Source: Candidatus Poribacteria bacterium
GTDB lineage: Bacteria > Poribacteria > WGA-4E > WGA-3G
Direction of reading: 5' to 3'
Assembly (NCBI GenBank): GCA_965218285.1
Contig: OZ244616.1
Span: 1,472,133 to 1,536,132 of the forward strand
DNA length: 64,000 bases
Of the stretch, positions 9,101-18,699 are shown piece after piece (the stretch's first letter is position 1; each line of letters begins with the position of its first letter). The translations under genes were made by a program, and so were the position numbers. Below the pieces are notes generated by a model. That model was not told where the DNA came from. It made no database searches and saw nothing but the letters and a program-made list of their open reading frames with translations.

Positions 9101-10348
9101 CTAAAGCGATTCAAGAAAAGCAATGACGGTTTGTTGTTCTGTCTCGGACAGGTTGAAAAATGCTTCTTTCGCGTTCTGAGCCTCACCACCATGCGCTCGA
9201 ATTGCGCCTTTAAGCGTAGTGGCGCGTCCATCATGAAGGTAAAACGGTGTGCCACCAAGGAATTTCGCTACTAAGCGAGTTCCCCAAAGCGGCGCAGTCC
9301 GCCATTCTCTACCTGTCGCTGCCCCATCAGGTCGGTTGTCCGCTAACTCCTCACCCATATCATGCAAAAGAAAATCAGAGTAGACGTGAGCATCCACTTT
9401 GTTCAATGCAGGAATAGAGGACGGACCGGTCTGCATTGTTGGGACGTGGCAAGTTGCACACTGAATTGTATCAAAAAGTTTCTCTCCCTGTCTAACTTCT
9501 TCTGTAATTATATCACGTGGGGGTGGTGGTGAAAGCAAACGCATAAATATAACAACATCCATAACGGTTGAACTATCAACTTCAGGGTCAGGAACCGTGT
9601 CTCCAATACTGGAGAGTTCATTTTCTAAAAACCCGTTGGTAATTCCCATGTCTTGTTGAAAAGCCGTTGCGGTCTGTTGTGCTAATGATGAAACAGATGC
9701 CTTTCGCCCGAATCTACCAAGTTGTTCTCCCGGTCCACCGCCAATTTCGGTAGTTGGAACAAAATCTGGAGCGATTACCCAGTGAGGTCTGCCTGAAATA
9801 CCGTCGCCATCAGCATCAAACTCGTCAGCGTAAGACAATATTGTTTCAACTGGTATATTTTCTATAAGTCCCACTCCAAAAACGGGTGGTGGAAGACGTG
9901 TTGATTTATCAACTCCCGTAGGAAGAACTTCGTAAGGAACATCGGATATGGCTTTATCTTGGAACTGAGGTCCGCCCATATCAAGCATAAGATTATGACC
10001 TCTGCTAAATCGGATGAGAGTTAAATCTGGTGTGCCTCTGCCATTTCCAGGGTGGCAACCTACACAACTGGTATTATTAAAAATTGGACCTAACCCTTCT
10101 TCCACTAAAAAATCCTTTTGAAATGCCTGCTCTCCTCGTATGAATGTAGCATTCAAATCATAAGAAAGCATACCAAAAGGTGTCATGTAATCATCGTTTT
10201 CTGTTTGAAGTTCAACATCGTCTTGAATTAATGGTTTCGAAAACTTAAAAACCATCTCATTACACCCACTCATGCTTATAAGTGTGATTAAGATAAGAAA
10301 TAGTGTGATTAAGATAAGAAATAGTGTGTACCAACTTTTCAATTCCAA
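9101..10348 (-). CDS. Di-haem c-type cytochrome, peroxidase or di-haem oxidoreductase family, secreted.
   Basis: Two CxxCH haem-binding motifs (CVGCHPG and CATCHVP) and an N-terminal signal/TM segment. Confidence 0.65.
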   Translation of the reverse strand: MELKSWYTLFLILITLFLILITLISMSGCNEMVFKFSKPLIQDDVELQTENDDYMTPFGMLSYDLNATFIRGEQAFQKDFLVEEGLGPIFNNTSCVGCHPGNGRGTPDLTLIRFSRGHNLMLDMGGPQFQDKAISDVPYEVLPTGVDKSTRLPPPVFGVGLIENIPVETILSYADEFDADGDGISGRPHWVIAPDFVPTTEIGGGPGEQLGRFGRKASVSSLAQQTATAFQQDMGITNGFLENELSSIGDTVPDPEVDSSTVMDVVIFMRLLSPPPPRDIITEEVRQGEKLFDTIQCATCHVPTMQTGPSSIPALNKVDAHVYSDFLLHDMGEELADNRPDGAATGREWRTAPLWGTRLVAKFLGGTPFYLHDGRATTLKGAIRAHGGEAQNAKEAFFNLSETEQQTVIAFLESL

Positions 10349-10835
10349 TCCTCCTATTATGTATTTGTTGATTTGTAGTGCTGCGGTTGATTTCGTGCAA
10401 AATGAACAATAATTTGTCTTTGCTAATCCGTAGAGACCTCTTTATCGGAAACTTTGAATCAAGTTAATTTGGTATAATAGCTTTGATATTTCTAAGTTCT
10501 AACTATACATATAAGCCATATCAAGACGAATAATTATGTTTAGCATATAATTATCATATACACGTCTTATTAGGGTTAATTATACTCAACTTCACCATAT
10601 ATGTCAATTAAATCTCACGAAAAATGTTAATCTACTGTAAATGTGTAAATGATTTATATCAAATTTCCGAATTTCAGGGTTTAGTCAACTTCCTGTCAAA
10701 TCAACGCTACATAGGTTTTGGCATTCGAAAAAATCGGGTTTACAAACCCTCCTACAAGAGACTGTAGTTGATGTTAGTAACTTTACACACCCAAAAGAAA
10801 AATTAATTTGATTAAAAAGAAAATATATTATATAA

Positions 10836-11282
10836 TTTATCGAGTTTCGGTGTCAAAACCCAATGCTTTAGCTTTGGGATGTAGACACCGCCCTCTTGTA
10901 TTAGACCAAAACTTTTTCTTGACATAAAACACGATTCTTGCTATAATCTCTTTTCGTAACTCCACGGGTTGTGAGCAGGCGTTCTGGGTGCTACATACCG
11001 AGTGAACTCACGTAAAGTTGCGACACAAGCGGTAGAAGTCTTTGACACCAGATAGTTGCTGATGGAAGCTTAGAGTGTAATGGGAAAGAGTGGTAGGACA
11101 CCATCCCGAAAACAGCACTCTCAAAAATGTTCATAAGACACCTTCGGGTGTGCAGGCGGGGCATCGTCTGTTGGAGTAGAGGGTGTTAGACTTGCTTAGC
11201 AAGCAACCCTTGTTGATACCACAATCTACACAGCAGGTGGGACAAAAGAACCCCACTGCTTTAGCTGTGGGAGTATGTCAGA
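10836..11282 (+). mobile_element. 447-bp ORF-less element with IS200/IS605-like subterminal hairpins and an internal consensus sigma70 promoter (copy A, intergenic).
   Basis: Identical to 47313-47759 across the shared 447 bp as read. Left hairpin CCCAATGCTTTAGCTTTGGG at 10859-10878 and right hairpin CCCACTGCTTTAGCTGTGGG at 11252-11271 share the loop TGCTTTAGC. No ORF longer than 60 aa. Confidence 0.7.
10919..10947 (+). promoter_or_regulatory. Consensus sigma70 promoter inside the 447-bp element: TTGACA, 17 bp, TATAAT.
   Basis: TTGACA at 10919-10924, a 17-nt spacer, and TATAAT at 10942-10947. The same promoter lies at 47396-47424 in copy B. It would drive an about 330-nt non-coding transcript toward the right end of the element. 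Confidence 0.6.
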
Positions 11283-11314
11283 ATTAACATTGTGGTACTA
11301 TGTTATACTAACTA

Positions 11315-11390
11315 TAGTTTGGACAATTTCTATCTGTTTCATGTTGTTTTCTCAAGTCCTTTCTATTTTTCTACGAGTTTTGTGTGAAGT
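11315..11390. repeat. Intergenic repeat family D (TTTGGACAATTT..TGTTTCATGTTG...TTTCTATTTTTCTACGAGTTTTGTG). Second copy at 17775-17870.
   Basis: About 75-90% identical stretches at 11315-11390 and 17775-17870. The motif AATTGTCCAAA recurs at least seven times in intergenic DNA (11700, 17775, 18061, 18275, 18541, 22068). Confidence 0.5.
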
Positions 11391-11414
11391 TGTAACCCAC
11401 AGAAAAACTATTAT

Positions 11415-11549
11415 AACGTGAGTTTGATAAAAACAAGATGTCGGGCTTCTCGTAGGGGCGAGGTCTTCTCCCCCGTAGGGGTTAGGTTACCTAACCCCTA
11501 CGAAAATGTCCATTTATGTTTAGAATTTGCTATATATCAAACTCACGTT
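11415..11549. mobile_element. MITE family E, about 135 bp, with 15-bp TIRs AACGTGAGTTTGATA / TATCAAACTCACGTT (copy 1).
   Basis: Perfect TIRs, flanking ATTAT duplicated, internal hairpin CGTAGGGGTTAGGTTACCTAACCCCTACG. Confidence 0.75.
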
Positions 11550-11569
11550 ATTATAGGTTCAGCAAAGGC

Positions 11570-11640
11570 AGCCCCAGCGGGGCGAAAGGTGTATAGAAAC
11601 GCGGGTGAACAACCCTCTTAGCCCCAGCGGGGCGAAAGGT
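11570..11640 (+). repeat. REP-like doublet: two direct copies of AGCCCCAGCGGGGCGAAAGGTGT separated by 21 bp.
   Basis: The same unit builds the interior of MITE-B. A second stand-alone doublet lies at 18420-18500 followed by the same about 90-bp downstream sequence (..TAAGGTGTTTCC.TTGACC..AAAAATTGTCCAAAG..). Confidence 0.7.
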
Positions 11641-11733
11641 GTCCCAATAAATCTTATATTGATGTCTAAGGTGTTTCCATTGACCTTGACTATCACTCAA
11701 GAACTCTAAAAATTGTCCAAAGTATAGTATACT

Positions 11734-11866
11734 AACGTGAGTTTGATAAAACAAGATGTCGGGCTTCTCGTAGGGGCGAGGTCTTCTCGCCCGTAGGGGT
11801 TAGGTAACCTAACCCCTATGAAAATGTCCGTTTATGTTTAGAATTTGCTATATATCAAACTCACGT
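11734..11866. mobile_element. MITE family E, copy 2, in direct orientation 185 bp from copy 1.
   Basis: Same TIRs, TATACT duplicated at the flanks, a few point differences from copy 1. A REP doublet lies between the two copies at 11570-11640. Confidence 0.75.
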
Positions 11867-11932
11867 TTATACTAAGTTAAAAATTGTATTTTGTTAGAAA
11901 CCGTGGTTTTCACACTTGTATTTGTTAAACTT

Positions 11933-13300
11933 ATGAATTCCTTGAAACATCTTATTCAACGTTGTCATGAACGGCACGAAAAACCACTTCGGCAGCGAAA
12001 GACAGTGGTAACACCTGCGCTGTACAATAAGGGTTCTCCTTATCTCTTTACAACTTATTGTGCACAGAGATACCCTGTGCTGCTCGTTGACTTGGAACAA
12101 GCCAACATCTCGTTTATGCCGATAGGACAGGCTCCTGATAATGATCGTGGACCTCGGACTTTGGGGGGTGAACGTTTCTTGAAACGTCAGAGGATACGAG
12201 ATTGGGGAATGAGACGGTGGCACGCATCGTGGGGGATTCAGATATATACCGGTATTCCTTCCGAGCTTGATGGTGCACGGTGGCACGACTTCAATTTTTC
12301 GTATAAAGCCTTATGTGACGCCCCTGATGCCGTTCTTACATGTTTAGAGGCTCTTATTGACGCTGTTCCGAATCCACTTTTGACGATGTCAAAATCTGGA
12401 GGGTTACGTTTTTCTTGCAGAGTGCCTGATTATCTCCATCCAAATAACAAAGAGGCGAAATATTACATCTACAAGCATGCCTCCACTGCTGAAAATCCAC
12501 ACAAACGAGATGTGTATCTTAGAGTCCGTGGTAAGGAAGGACATAATCGATGGGATGCGCGCAATGAGATTCTGCTTGGAAACTTATTAGAACCGCCCAT
12601 CATAGCCAAAGAAGTTGTCTTTGCACCTATTGATGCGCTTCGTGCTGTGCTTCATGAACCCGTTTCCGAAAAAATAAAACTGGTAAAATTTGTCCCTGCA
12701 GTACCAATCTCCCTCGGTTCATACAATCTCGATCTCGCAAAAGAAGCACTTATGAATCGAGGTTTTTCTTATCTTCGTCAAGAAAATGTCTCTCACCTAT
12801 GGAGACCACCCAACAGTGAAATTGACGACAGGCATATATTGCTATGGGAAAACGAAGGCACGGTGTGGTTACGCGCATCAGCACCTGATATAGGACTGCC
12901 CACGGTGTCCACACCAATTACGGATATATGGGACAACACCGGGATAATCGCCCTAAAACCTCTTGCTGGTATATCTATCTCTAATAAGATACTTACAGTC
13001 CAAAAAGGCAAACTTAGTCCGTTGGCAATAAAACGCCCCTCGCCTATGTTGCACAAGTCACAACAGAAAGATAAGGTTTATGAGACACTTGAAAAGAATG
13101 GTGTTGAAATCCAGAATATCTTTGAGCGAACGGACAGCATTATCGGACTGATTGCGGACACAAGGTCAAAGAAACACTATGAAGCAGTATCCTATGTCAG
13201 CAAAGGTAGTGCCACTTGCGTAAACATGCCAACCTATAGGCATGCAGAAAAGTTAGAAACCCGCTATCAAAACCGCAATATACCATTGTCCCAACGCTGA
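11933..13300 (+). CDS. Large hypothetical protein with weak archaeo-eukaryotic primase / PrimPol-like motifs.
   Basis: Candidate AEP motif I is VLLVDLEQ, candidate motif II is SKSGGLRFSCRVP, and candidate motif III region is RDVYLRVRGKEGH. The segment is Trp/Arg-rich. No P-loop. Start chosen at MNSLKH; the ORF track M at 11891 abuts the MITE. The assignment is tentative. Confidence 0.3.
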   Translation: MNSLKHLIQRCHERHEKPLRQRKTVVTPALYNKGSPYLFTTYCAQRYPVLLVDLEQANISFMPIGQAPDNDRGPRTLGGERFLKRQRIRDWGMRRWHASWGIQIYTGIPSELDGARWHDFNFSYKALCDAPDAVLTCLEALIDAVPNPLLTMSKSGGLRFSCRVPDYLHPNNKEAKYYIYKHASTAENPHKRDVYLRVRGKEGHNRWDARNEILLGNLLEPPIIAKEVVFAPIDALRAVLHEPVSEKIKLVKFVPAVPISLGSYNLDLAKEALMNRGFSYLRQENVSHLWRPPNSEIDDRHILLWENEGTVWLRASAPDIGLPTVSTPITDIWDNTGIIALKPLAGISISNKILTVQKGKLSPLAIKRPSPMLHKSQQKDKVYETLEKNGVEIQNIFERTDSIIGLIADTRSKKHYEAVSYVSKGSATCVNMPTYRHAEKLETRYQNRNIPLSQR

Positions 13301-13309
13301 AAACCGCGT

Positions 13310-15322
13310 ATGTACCTGTGGGAGCAGGTAAAGAATATACCTATTGACGTTCGTATGGTAACTCCGTTTCAATTGGGTAATGTCTGTGAAGATCCGGAAC
13401 GGTGTGATGCGCTTGAAGAAAAGGGCGGTGATGCGCGTAAAAGCATCTGTCCGCAGTGTCCTGTCTATACGCAATGTCAGCAACGTGGATTTTTATCACA
13501 ACCCTCCTCATTACAACTCGCCCAGACACAAATATTAGCACTCCCCCAACTCTTTTTTGACCCACAATACGCGGAAATGGCAGAAGAAATCCTCATGCAA
13601 ATGGATGAGACCGAAAGGCTTTGCATCATCGACAGAACACAAGCCTACAAACTGTTTCCCGAATGTACACTATCGAAAAAGACATTGAAGGAATGGAGTG
13701 CCAATTGGCACGGAGGTGCCTTGGGTAACTTTGCCAGAGCTTTATTGCATGCAGTAGAAATCAAGGACAAACCTCATGCAGGTGCTGTCAAGCGGATTCG
13801 TGCAGTGATACATGCCTTTGAATGGCAGCAAGAGAGACTCATTAAACAGATGTGCCAAGTTAATGTCATGGGTAGGGTTGTCACACGCGAGTTTATTGAT
13901 CCTGACACCGGAAAGCAATTAGCACGTTTTACCGTTGAGTTCAAAAGCGGAACATCTGCTTACGTTCCTCTAAACAATGACGCTGCAGAAAAACTCACAG
14001 CCAAAAGATTACCCATTTTTTCATTGCCATCACTTGCGCTTAACGAAGACCTGAAAATTTGCACGCCGATTTCCAAAGCCATCGAATTAGGTATCTTCGC
14101 TATAGAGGACGTTGAAGACATCCAGAAATTACCGACAACCTGTCCAAATCCAGACTGGACGTATTGGCATCAACTCAAAAATTTCTTCGCGCACTACACT
14201 CAAGATGCCGACGCTCCGATACGGTGGACTAACAAAACACTAAAATTCTGGGTGCCACCGGTTCTGCACCCCAACGTCAAACGGCTGTTGTTAATGTCTG
14301 AAAACCTCTCCGAACAACATCTCCGTAGAGCATTCCCAGAGAAGAAAATTGAGGTGCGCCGTACCGAACCGACTCCTTGGGTCGCTGGAAACCAGGTCTT
14401 TCAAATACGGACAGGTGTCTATCCGCGCAAAGCGATTTTAGATTACAACAGCAACTGGGACCTTGTCGGTATATCTAAACTGGGACAACGTTTTTTTCTC
14501 GGTATCCATAATGAGATTGAAAAAGATCCGAGCATTAAGCATGCGATTATCACCTATAAATCAGTTGCCACACGGTTAGCGGATCTCGCAAAAAAAGAAA
14601 ATGTTTGTCTCGTGACAAATTTCGATAAGATGGATGGATTGACTGACGCTTTTGAAGAAGCACATGTTGTCTGGATAGTCGGCACACCAACACTGAAACA
14701 AAGACTCATCTGGCAGCGAGCACAAGTTTTGTTTGGAAACGACAAAGAACCCCTCTCTTATGAAGAAGATACAGAATACGGACACTATAAAGACGAACGA
14801 GTACAAAGTGTTTATGAACACGGTATCATCCCCAAACTTTCTCGCGCTGTACAATGTGCTAAGTTGGACAAGTTACCGAACAAGAAGGTCGTATTAATCT
14901 CAAGTTTGGCACTTCCACAAATCACTGACAGACCTGAAACACTGCTTTTCGACTGGGAAGATTTTGAGGTTGCTGGTGGACTTGACAAACTCTCTGAAGT
15001 GATTGTGATACGCGAACGTTTTGAAACAGAACGTGACAATCTAACTGGCAAATCCAGTAGAGAAAAAGTGGAGTATATCTTGGGATGCTCCTCAAGACAA
15101 GCGAACCGAGTTTTACACAAACTCAGAGGGGGAAAACCGCTTCGTATACCTTTCCGCGAACAGATCCTATCTCTGCTTGCCGATGGCGAGAAGAGAACTG
15201 CAGAACTTATTGAAGCCATTGAGGGACATCCAAAAGCCGTAAAAAATGAACTCAGCCGCCTTGTAGAAGTTGGTGAAATTGCAAAGGTACAGTGGGGTGT
15301 TTATTCCCTTCCAAAAACGTAA
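13310..15322 (+). CDS. Large hypothetical protein (670 aa) with an N-terminal Cys4 zinc-ribbon-like cluster and a C-terminal winged-helix domain.
   Basis: Cys cluster C-x5-C...CPQCPVYTQC in the first 60 aa. C-terminal wHTH-like segment EKRTAELIEAIEGHPKAVKNELSRLVEVGEIAKVQWGVYSL. No NTPase motifs. Separated from the upstream gene by a 9-bp gap, so a likely operon. Confidence 0.35.
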   Translation: MYLWEQVKNIPIDVRMVTPFQLGNVCEDPERCDALEEKGGDARKSICPQCPVYTQCQQRGFLSQPSSLQLAQTQILALPQLFFDPQYAEMAEEILMQMDETERLCIIDRTQAYKLFPECTLSKKTLKEWSANWHGGALGNFARALLHAVEIKDKPHAGAVKRIRAVIHAFEWQQERLIKQMCQVNVMGRVVTREFIDPDTGKQLARFTVEFKSGTSAYVPLNNDAAEKLTAKRLPIFSLPSLALNEDLKICTPISKAIELGIFAIEDVEDIQKLPTTCPNPDWTYWHQLKNFFAHYTQDADAPIRWTNKTLKFWVPPVLHPNVKRLLLMSENLSEQHLRRAFPEKKIEVRRTEPTPWVAGNQVFQIRTGVYPRKAILDYNSNWDLVGISKLGQRFFLGIHNEIEKDPSIKHAIITYKSVATRLADLAKKENVCLVTNFDKMDGLTDAFEEAHVVWIVGTPTLKQRLIWQRAQVLFGNDKEPLSYEEDTEYGHYKDERVQSVYEHGIIPKLSRAVQCAKLDKLPNKKVVLISSLALPQITDRPETLLFDWEDFEVAGGLDKLSEVIVIRERFETERDNLTGKSSREKVEYILGCSSRQANRVLHKLRGGKPLRIPFREQILSLLADGEKRTAELIEAIEGHPKAVKNELSRLVEVGEIAKVQWGVYSLPKT

Positions 15323-15409
15323 AATATCGGATATCTCTGAAAGAATGGTTGTATCAATAAATTCGGTTCTATACCTTCCTAAATGTTTATACTGAATTAA
15401 TTCGTAGGT

Positions 15410-15505
15410 TATACCCAATTAACCCGATTTGTCTTATTTCCCGGCCAGTAGGTGCGGTTTCCTAACCGCACTTACCGATTGGAATCTCGTTAATTTGGTA
15501 TTATA
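15410..15505. mobile_element. MITE family C, about 96 bp, with TIRs TATACCCAATTAAC / GTTAATTTGGTATTATA and a central hairpin.
   Basis: TIRs at both ends. The central hairpin AGTAGGTGCGGTTTCCTAACCGCACTTACC is the same palindrome that is duplicated around the MITE-B copies at 8.5 and 59.3 kb. Other copies lie at 52753-52848 and, reverse-complemented, at 18595-18690. Confidence 0.65.
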
Positions 15506-15657
15506 TAATTTGGAAAATATAACCTCTCGGCAGGGGCACAAAAACCTCACACTTCAGGTTGATTCATTAGATTTATTAAACAAAATCTTCCTGAAGAACT
15601 ACTAAATTTCAATTATATTCACTGTTTTCATTTTCAAAATGACAACGAAAGTCGCAA

Positions 15658-16557
15658 ATGTTGATAAAACGTTTTCAAGTATCTTATTACATACTCATTC
15701 TCGGTTTCATTTTTGTGGTTGGCGGATGCCAAGATTCGACTTCTATTAACGGATCTGAGAATGATTCAGAAGTCGTGCTACAAGACTATCGGCTTTCAGG
15801 TGACGAAACTTGGGACCCAGAAAAAACCTATATTATACACGGAACATTGGAGATTCCATCTGATGTCTTGCTTGAGATATTGCCCGGAACGGTCGTTAAA
15901 TTCAATAGAAATGCGCAAATTAAGGTTAGCGGACTAAGAGCAATGCTGAAGATCGGAACTCCGTTATCACAAGAGAAGTTGGATGAACCAGTGTACTTGA
16001 CCTCGGATAACAGTAATCCACAATCTGGTGATTGGAATGGCGTCCTGTTTGACCTTACGCGCGATAGTGAGAGTTTCCTGAGAGGCGTAGTAGTAGAATA
16101 TGCGAAAATTGCACTTGACATCAAAACGACTTCTCCAAATGTGTTAGATTGCACGCTTCGTAATAATGAAACTGCAATTGCTTTAGATGGAAGTGACTCG
16201 ATAATCCAGCATAATGCAGTGCTTGATAATGAGATCGGTATTAGTACCATAGGCAGGCAAAATCGTCCACAAATTGAGAGTAATTATATTTCTAATAATG
16301 AATCGGGAATCATCTGTGAGAATGTTCAATCCATAATTCAGTACAATAACCTCGAAAATAACGATTACTCGCTAAAATTAGGGGTAAAATTTAATCTTGA
16401 TGTCAGAAATAATTGGTGGGGAACTCTCGCTAATGATGGAATTGACAAAATTATTCTGGATTCTGCTGACACAGACATTATAACGAAACAACTCGGCACA
16501 GTATTTTATGAACCTATTGCCCAAACACGGTTCTCAGATGCTGGTCCACGGGAATAA
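15658..16557 (+). CDS. Secreted right-handed parallel beta-helix repeat protein (NosD/pectate-lyase-like fold).
   Basis: Signal peptide followed by repeated N-x-I/L 22-residue beta-helix rungs (NNETAIALDGSDSIIQHN, NNESGIICENVQSIIQYNN). Confidence 0.5.
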   Translation: MLIKRFQVSYYILILGFIFVVGGCQDSTSINGSENDSEVVLQDYRLSGDETWDPEKTYIIHGTLEIPSDVLLEILPGTVVKFNRNAQIKVSGLRAMLKIGTPLSQEKLDEPVYLTSDNSNPQSGDWNGVLFDLTRDSESFLRGVVVEYAKIALDIKTTSPNVLDCTLRNNETAIALDGSDSIIQHNAVLDNEIGISTIGRQNRPQIESNYISNNESGIICENVQSIIQYNNLENNDYSLKLGVKFNLDVRNNWWGTLANDGIDKIILDSADTDIITKQLGTVFYEPIAQTRFSDAGPRE

Positions 16558-16562
16558 GCGAT

Positions 16563-17765
16563 ATGTTGACAGTCCTGAATATCTCACAAAATCATTTCAT
16601 TCGCGGTGGATCAGACCGTTACTTTTTTACGATGGCGGAGTTATTGCAAAAACATGGACATAACGTAATTCCATTTACCGCTGCGAACCCGAAAAATGAG
16701 CCGTCGGAATGGGAACAGTATTTTCCTCGCGCAGCCGATTTTGAAAAGCCGGGACCGATTGACCTACTACGTTTTATTTATTCACGCGATGCTGCTAAAT
16801 CAATTCAACGACTGTTGAAAAATACAAATGTGGATATTGCCCATTTTCATATCTACTATGGCAAGTTGACTGCATCAATTTTGGGAGGTTTAAAAAAAGC
16901 AGGTATACCACTTATACAAACATTACACGAATATAAAATAACATGTCCCGTGTATAGTCATCTCTCAAACGATGAGATTTGCGAGGCATGTGCTGGCAAA
17001 CACTTCTGGCGTGCCCTTCCGAAAAGGTGTAATAGAAACTCACTGGCACGCACTGCCCTGAGTGTTACTGAATCTTATGTATCACGTTCCCTTGGCTCCG
17101 TTGATAAGTTTGACCACTTTATCTCTGTCTCACATTTTCTTCGGAAAAAGATGATACAATACGGGATGCCTGAAGATAAGATTTCAACGGTTCATAACTT
17201 TACAGATGTTTCTGACATAACGCCAAATTTCTCTGAAGGAGATTATGTGCTTTATTTTGGGAGGGTGCATCGGAGTAAAGGGATCTTGACGCTTATAGAG
17301 GCTGCTGCACCACTGAAACAGGTTCCACTCTATATCGTCGGTGACGGTGAAGCGATGCCTGAAGTGAAGCAAATTATCAAGCAAAATAGGTATGAACATA
17401 TACACCTGTTAGGTTTTAAACGGGGTGAAGAACTTCAAGAACTGATCTTGAACAGCATCTGTACTGTTTTGCCATCAGAATGGTATGAAAACTGTCCTAT
17501 GTCCGTTTTAGAATCTTATGCTTATGGAAAACCGGTTATTGGTGCGGATATTGGCGGTATTCCTGAACTCATCGTGGATGGAGTTGATGGTTTTCTTGTG
17601 CCATCTGGAGAACATGAACCACTGCGCGACCGTCTGCTATGGATGTCCGAGCATAAAACTGAGGCTGCTGAGATGGGGAAAGCAGGACGCCGTAAAATGG
17701 AAACCGAATTTAACGCAGATATTCACTATCAAAAGATAATGGATGTCTATAAGCAGTTTTTGTAA
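16563..17765 (+). CDS. GT4-family glycosyltransferase.
   Basis: EX7E motif region PSEWYENCPMSVLESYAYGKPVIGADIGGIPELIVDG with a GT-B fold layout. Confidence 0.8.
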   Translation: MLTVLNISQNHFIRGGSDRYFFTMAELLQKHGHNVIPFTAANPKNEPSEWEQYFPRAADFEKPGPIDLLRFIYSRDAAKSIQRLLKNTNVDIAHFHIYYGKLTASILGGLKKAGIPLIQTLHEYKITCPVYSHLSNDEICEACAGKHFWRALPKRCNRNSLARTALSVTESYVSRSLGSVDKFDHFISVSHFLRKKMIQYGMPEDKISTVHNFTDVSDITPNFSEGDYVLYFGRVHRSKGILTLIEAAAPLKQVPLYIVGDGEAMPEVKQIIKQNRYEHIHLLGFKRGEELQELILNSICTVLPSEWYENCPMSVLESYAYGKPVIGADIGGIPELIVDGVDGFLVPSGEHEPLRDRLLWMSEHKTEAAEMGKAGRRKMETEFNADIHYQKIMDVYKQFL

Positions 17766-18106
17766 ATTATAATAAAGTTTGGACAATTTTTGTTTGTTTC
17801 ATGTTGAGTTTTCAAGTGTTTTTCTATTTTTCTACGAGTTTTGTGCGGGTCGAAACTCGTAGAAAAAGTCTGCTGTCTGAAACGCGTCTGCAAATAAACT
17901 ACCATTAGTCAGTGCGTCAGGTTTTTCGGTTATACTAATGGATACTGAGTGTGTGAAGCACTGCTTCAACCTCAAGTGGTGGGTCATCTTTTTGCGGGGA
18001 GACTTTCGATGTTGGTTTTGTTTTCTGAAAGGATAACCTCTTTTCGGCTTTCTGTTACGAAAATTATTAAAATTGTCCAAATTTTGATAATAGTTAGGTA
18101 ATCATT

Positions 18107-18195
18107 TTATCGAACTTCGGTGTCAAAACCCAATCCTTTGAATCAACGCTGAATGCACGCATGGCATTCAGCGGGTTTGGGATGTAGACACTGCC
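18107..18195 (+). repeat. Partial copy of the left end of the 447-bp IS200/IS605-like element.
   Basis: TTTATCGAACTTCGGTGTCAAAACCCAAT...TTTGGGATGTAGACAC matches the first about 60 bp of the element at 10836. An extra internal hairpin GCTGAATGC...GCATTCAGC is present. It lies about 500 bp upstream of a TnpB C-terminal remnant. Confidence 0.5.
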
Positions 18196-18594
18196 TTCGT
18201 GTCCCAGACCAAAGCGTGGGACAGAGAAAAAACAGTTGAGATATTTTATAGGTTTTGTTATAATATCTACTAAAGTTTGGACAATTTGTGTGATATTCAG
18301 GCAGCCCTTTCAAGCCGTAAGGCGTGCTTTGGCTCGAAAATCTGTCTAATATTCTGCGATTTTGTTTCTTTAAGACAACTCACAGAAAAAGCGACTTCGG
18401 ATCCAGCAAACAGCAGCCCCAGCAGGGCGACAGGTGTATAGAAAACCAAGCCCCTCACGACATTCAAGCCCCAGCGGGGCGATAGGTGTATAGAAAATCT
18501 TATACGAATGCATAAGGTGTTTTCGTTGACCCAGCCTATTGAACGAGAATTCTTAAAAATTGTCCAAAGCTTAGTAATATCTATAGCATTGCTA

Positions 18595-18690
18595 GTAATA
18601 CCAAATTAACTTGATTCAAAGTTTTCTAATAGCGGTTAGCATTGCGAGGCACGGGGACCTCGCACTACAAATCCCGTTAATTGGGTATAA
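18595..18690. mobile_element. MITE family C copy, reverse orientation, with a different central hairpin (GCGAGGCACGGGGACCTCGC).
   Basis: Ends TAATACCAAATTAACTTGATTC ... CCGTTAATTGGGTATAAT are the reverse complement of the family C TIRs. Confidence 0.55.
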
Positions 18691-18699
18691 TGTCTTAAG

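Noticed and set aside
17832-17862. Perfect 10-bp-stem hairpin CTACGAGTTT..AAACTCGTAG just after the GT4 gene, read as a rho-independent terminator.
   Set aside because: It is followed by A-rich, not T-rich, sequence on the plus strand. It is part of repeat family D, so I did not call it a terminator.
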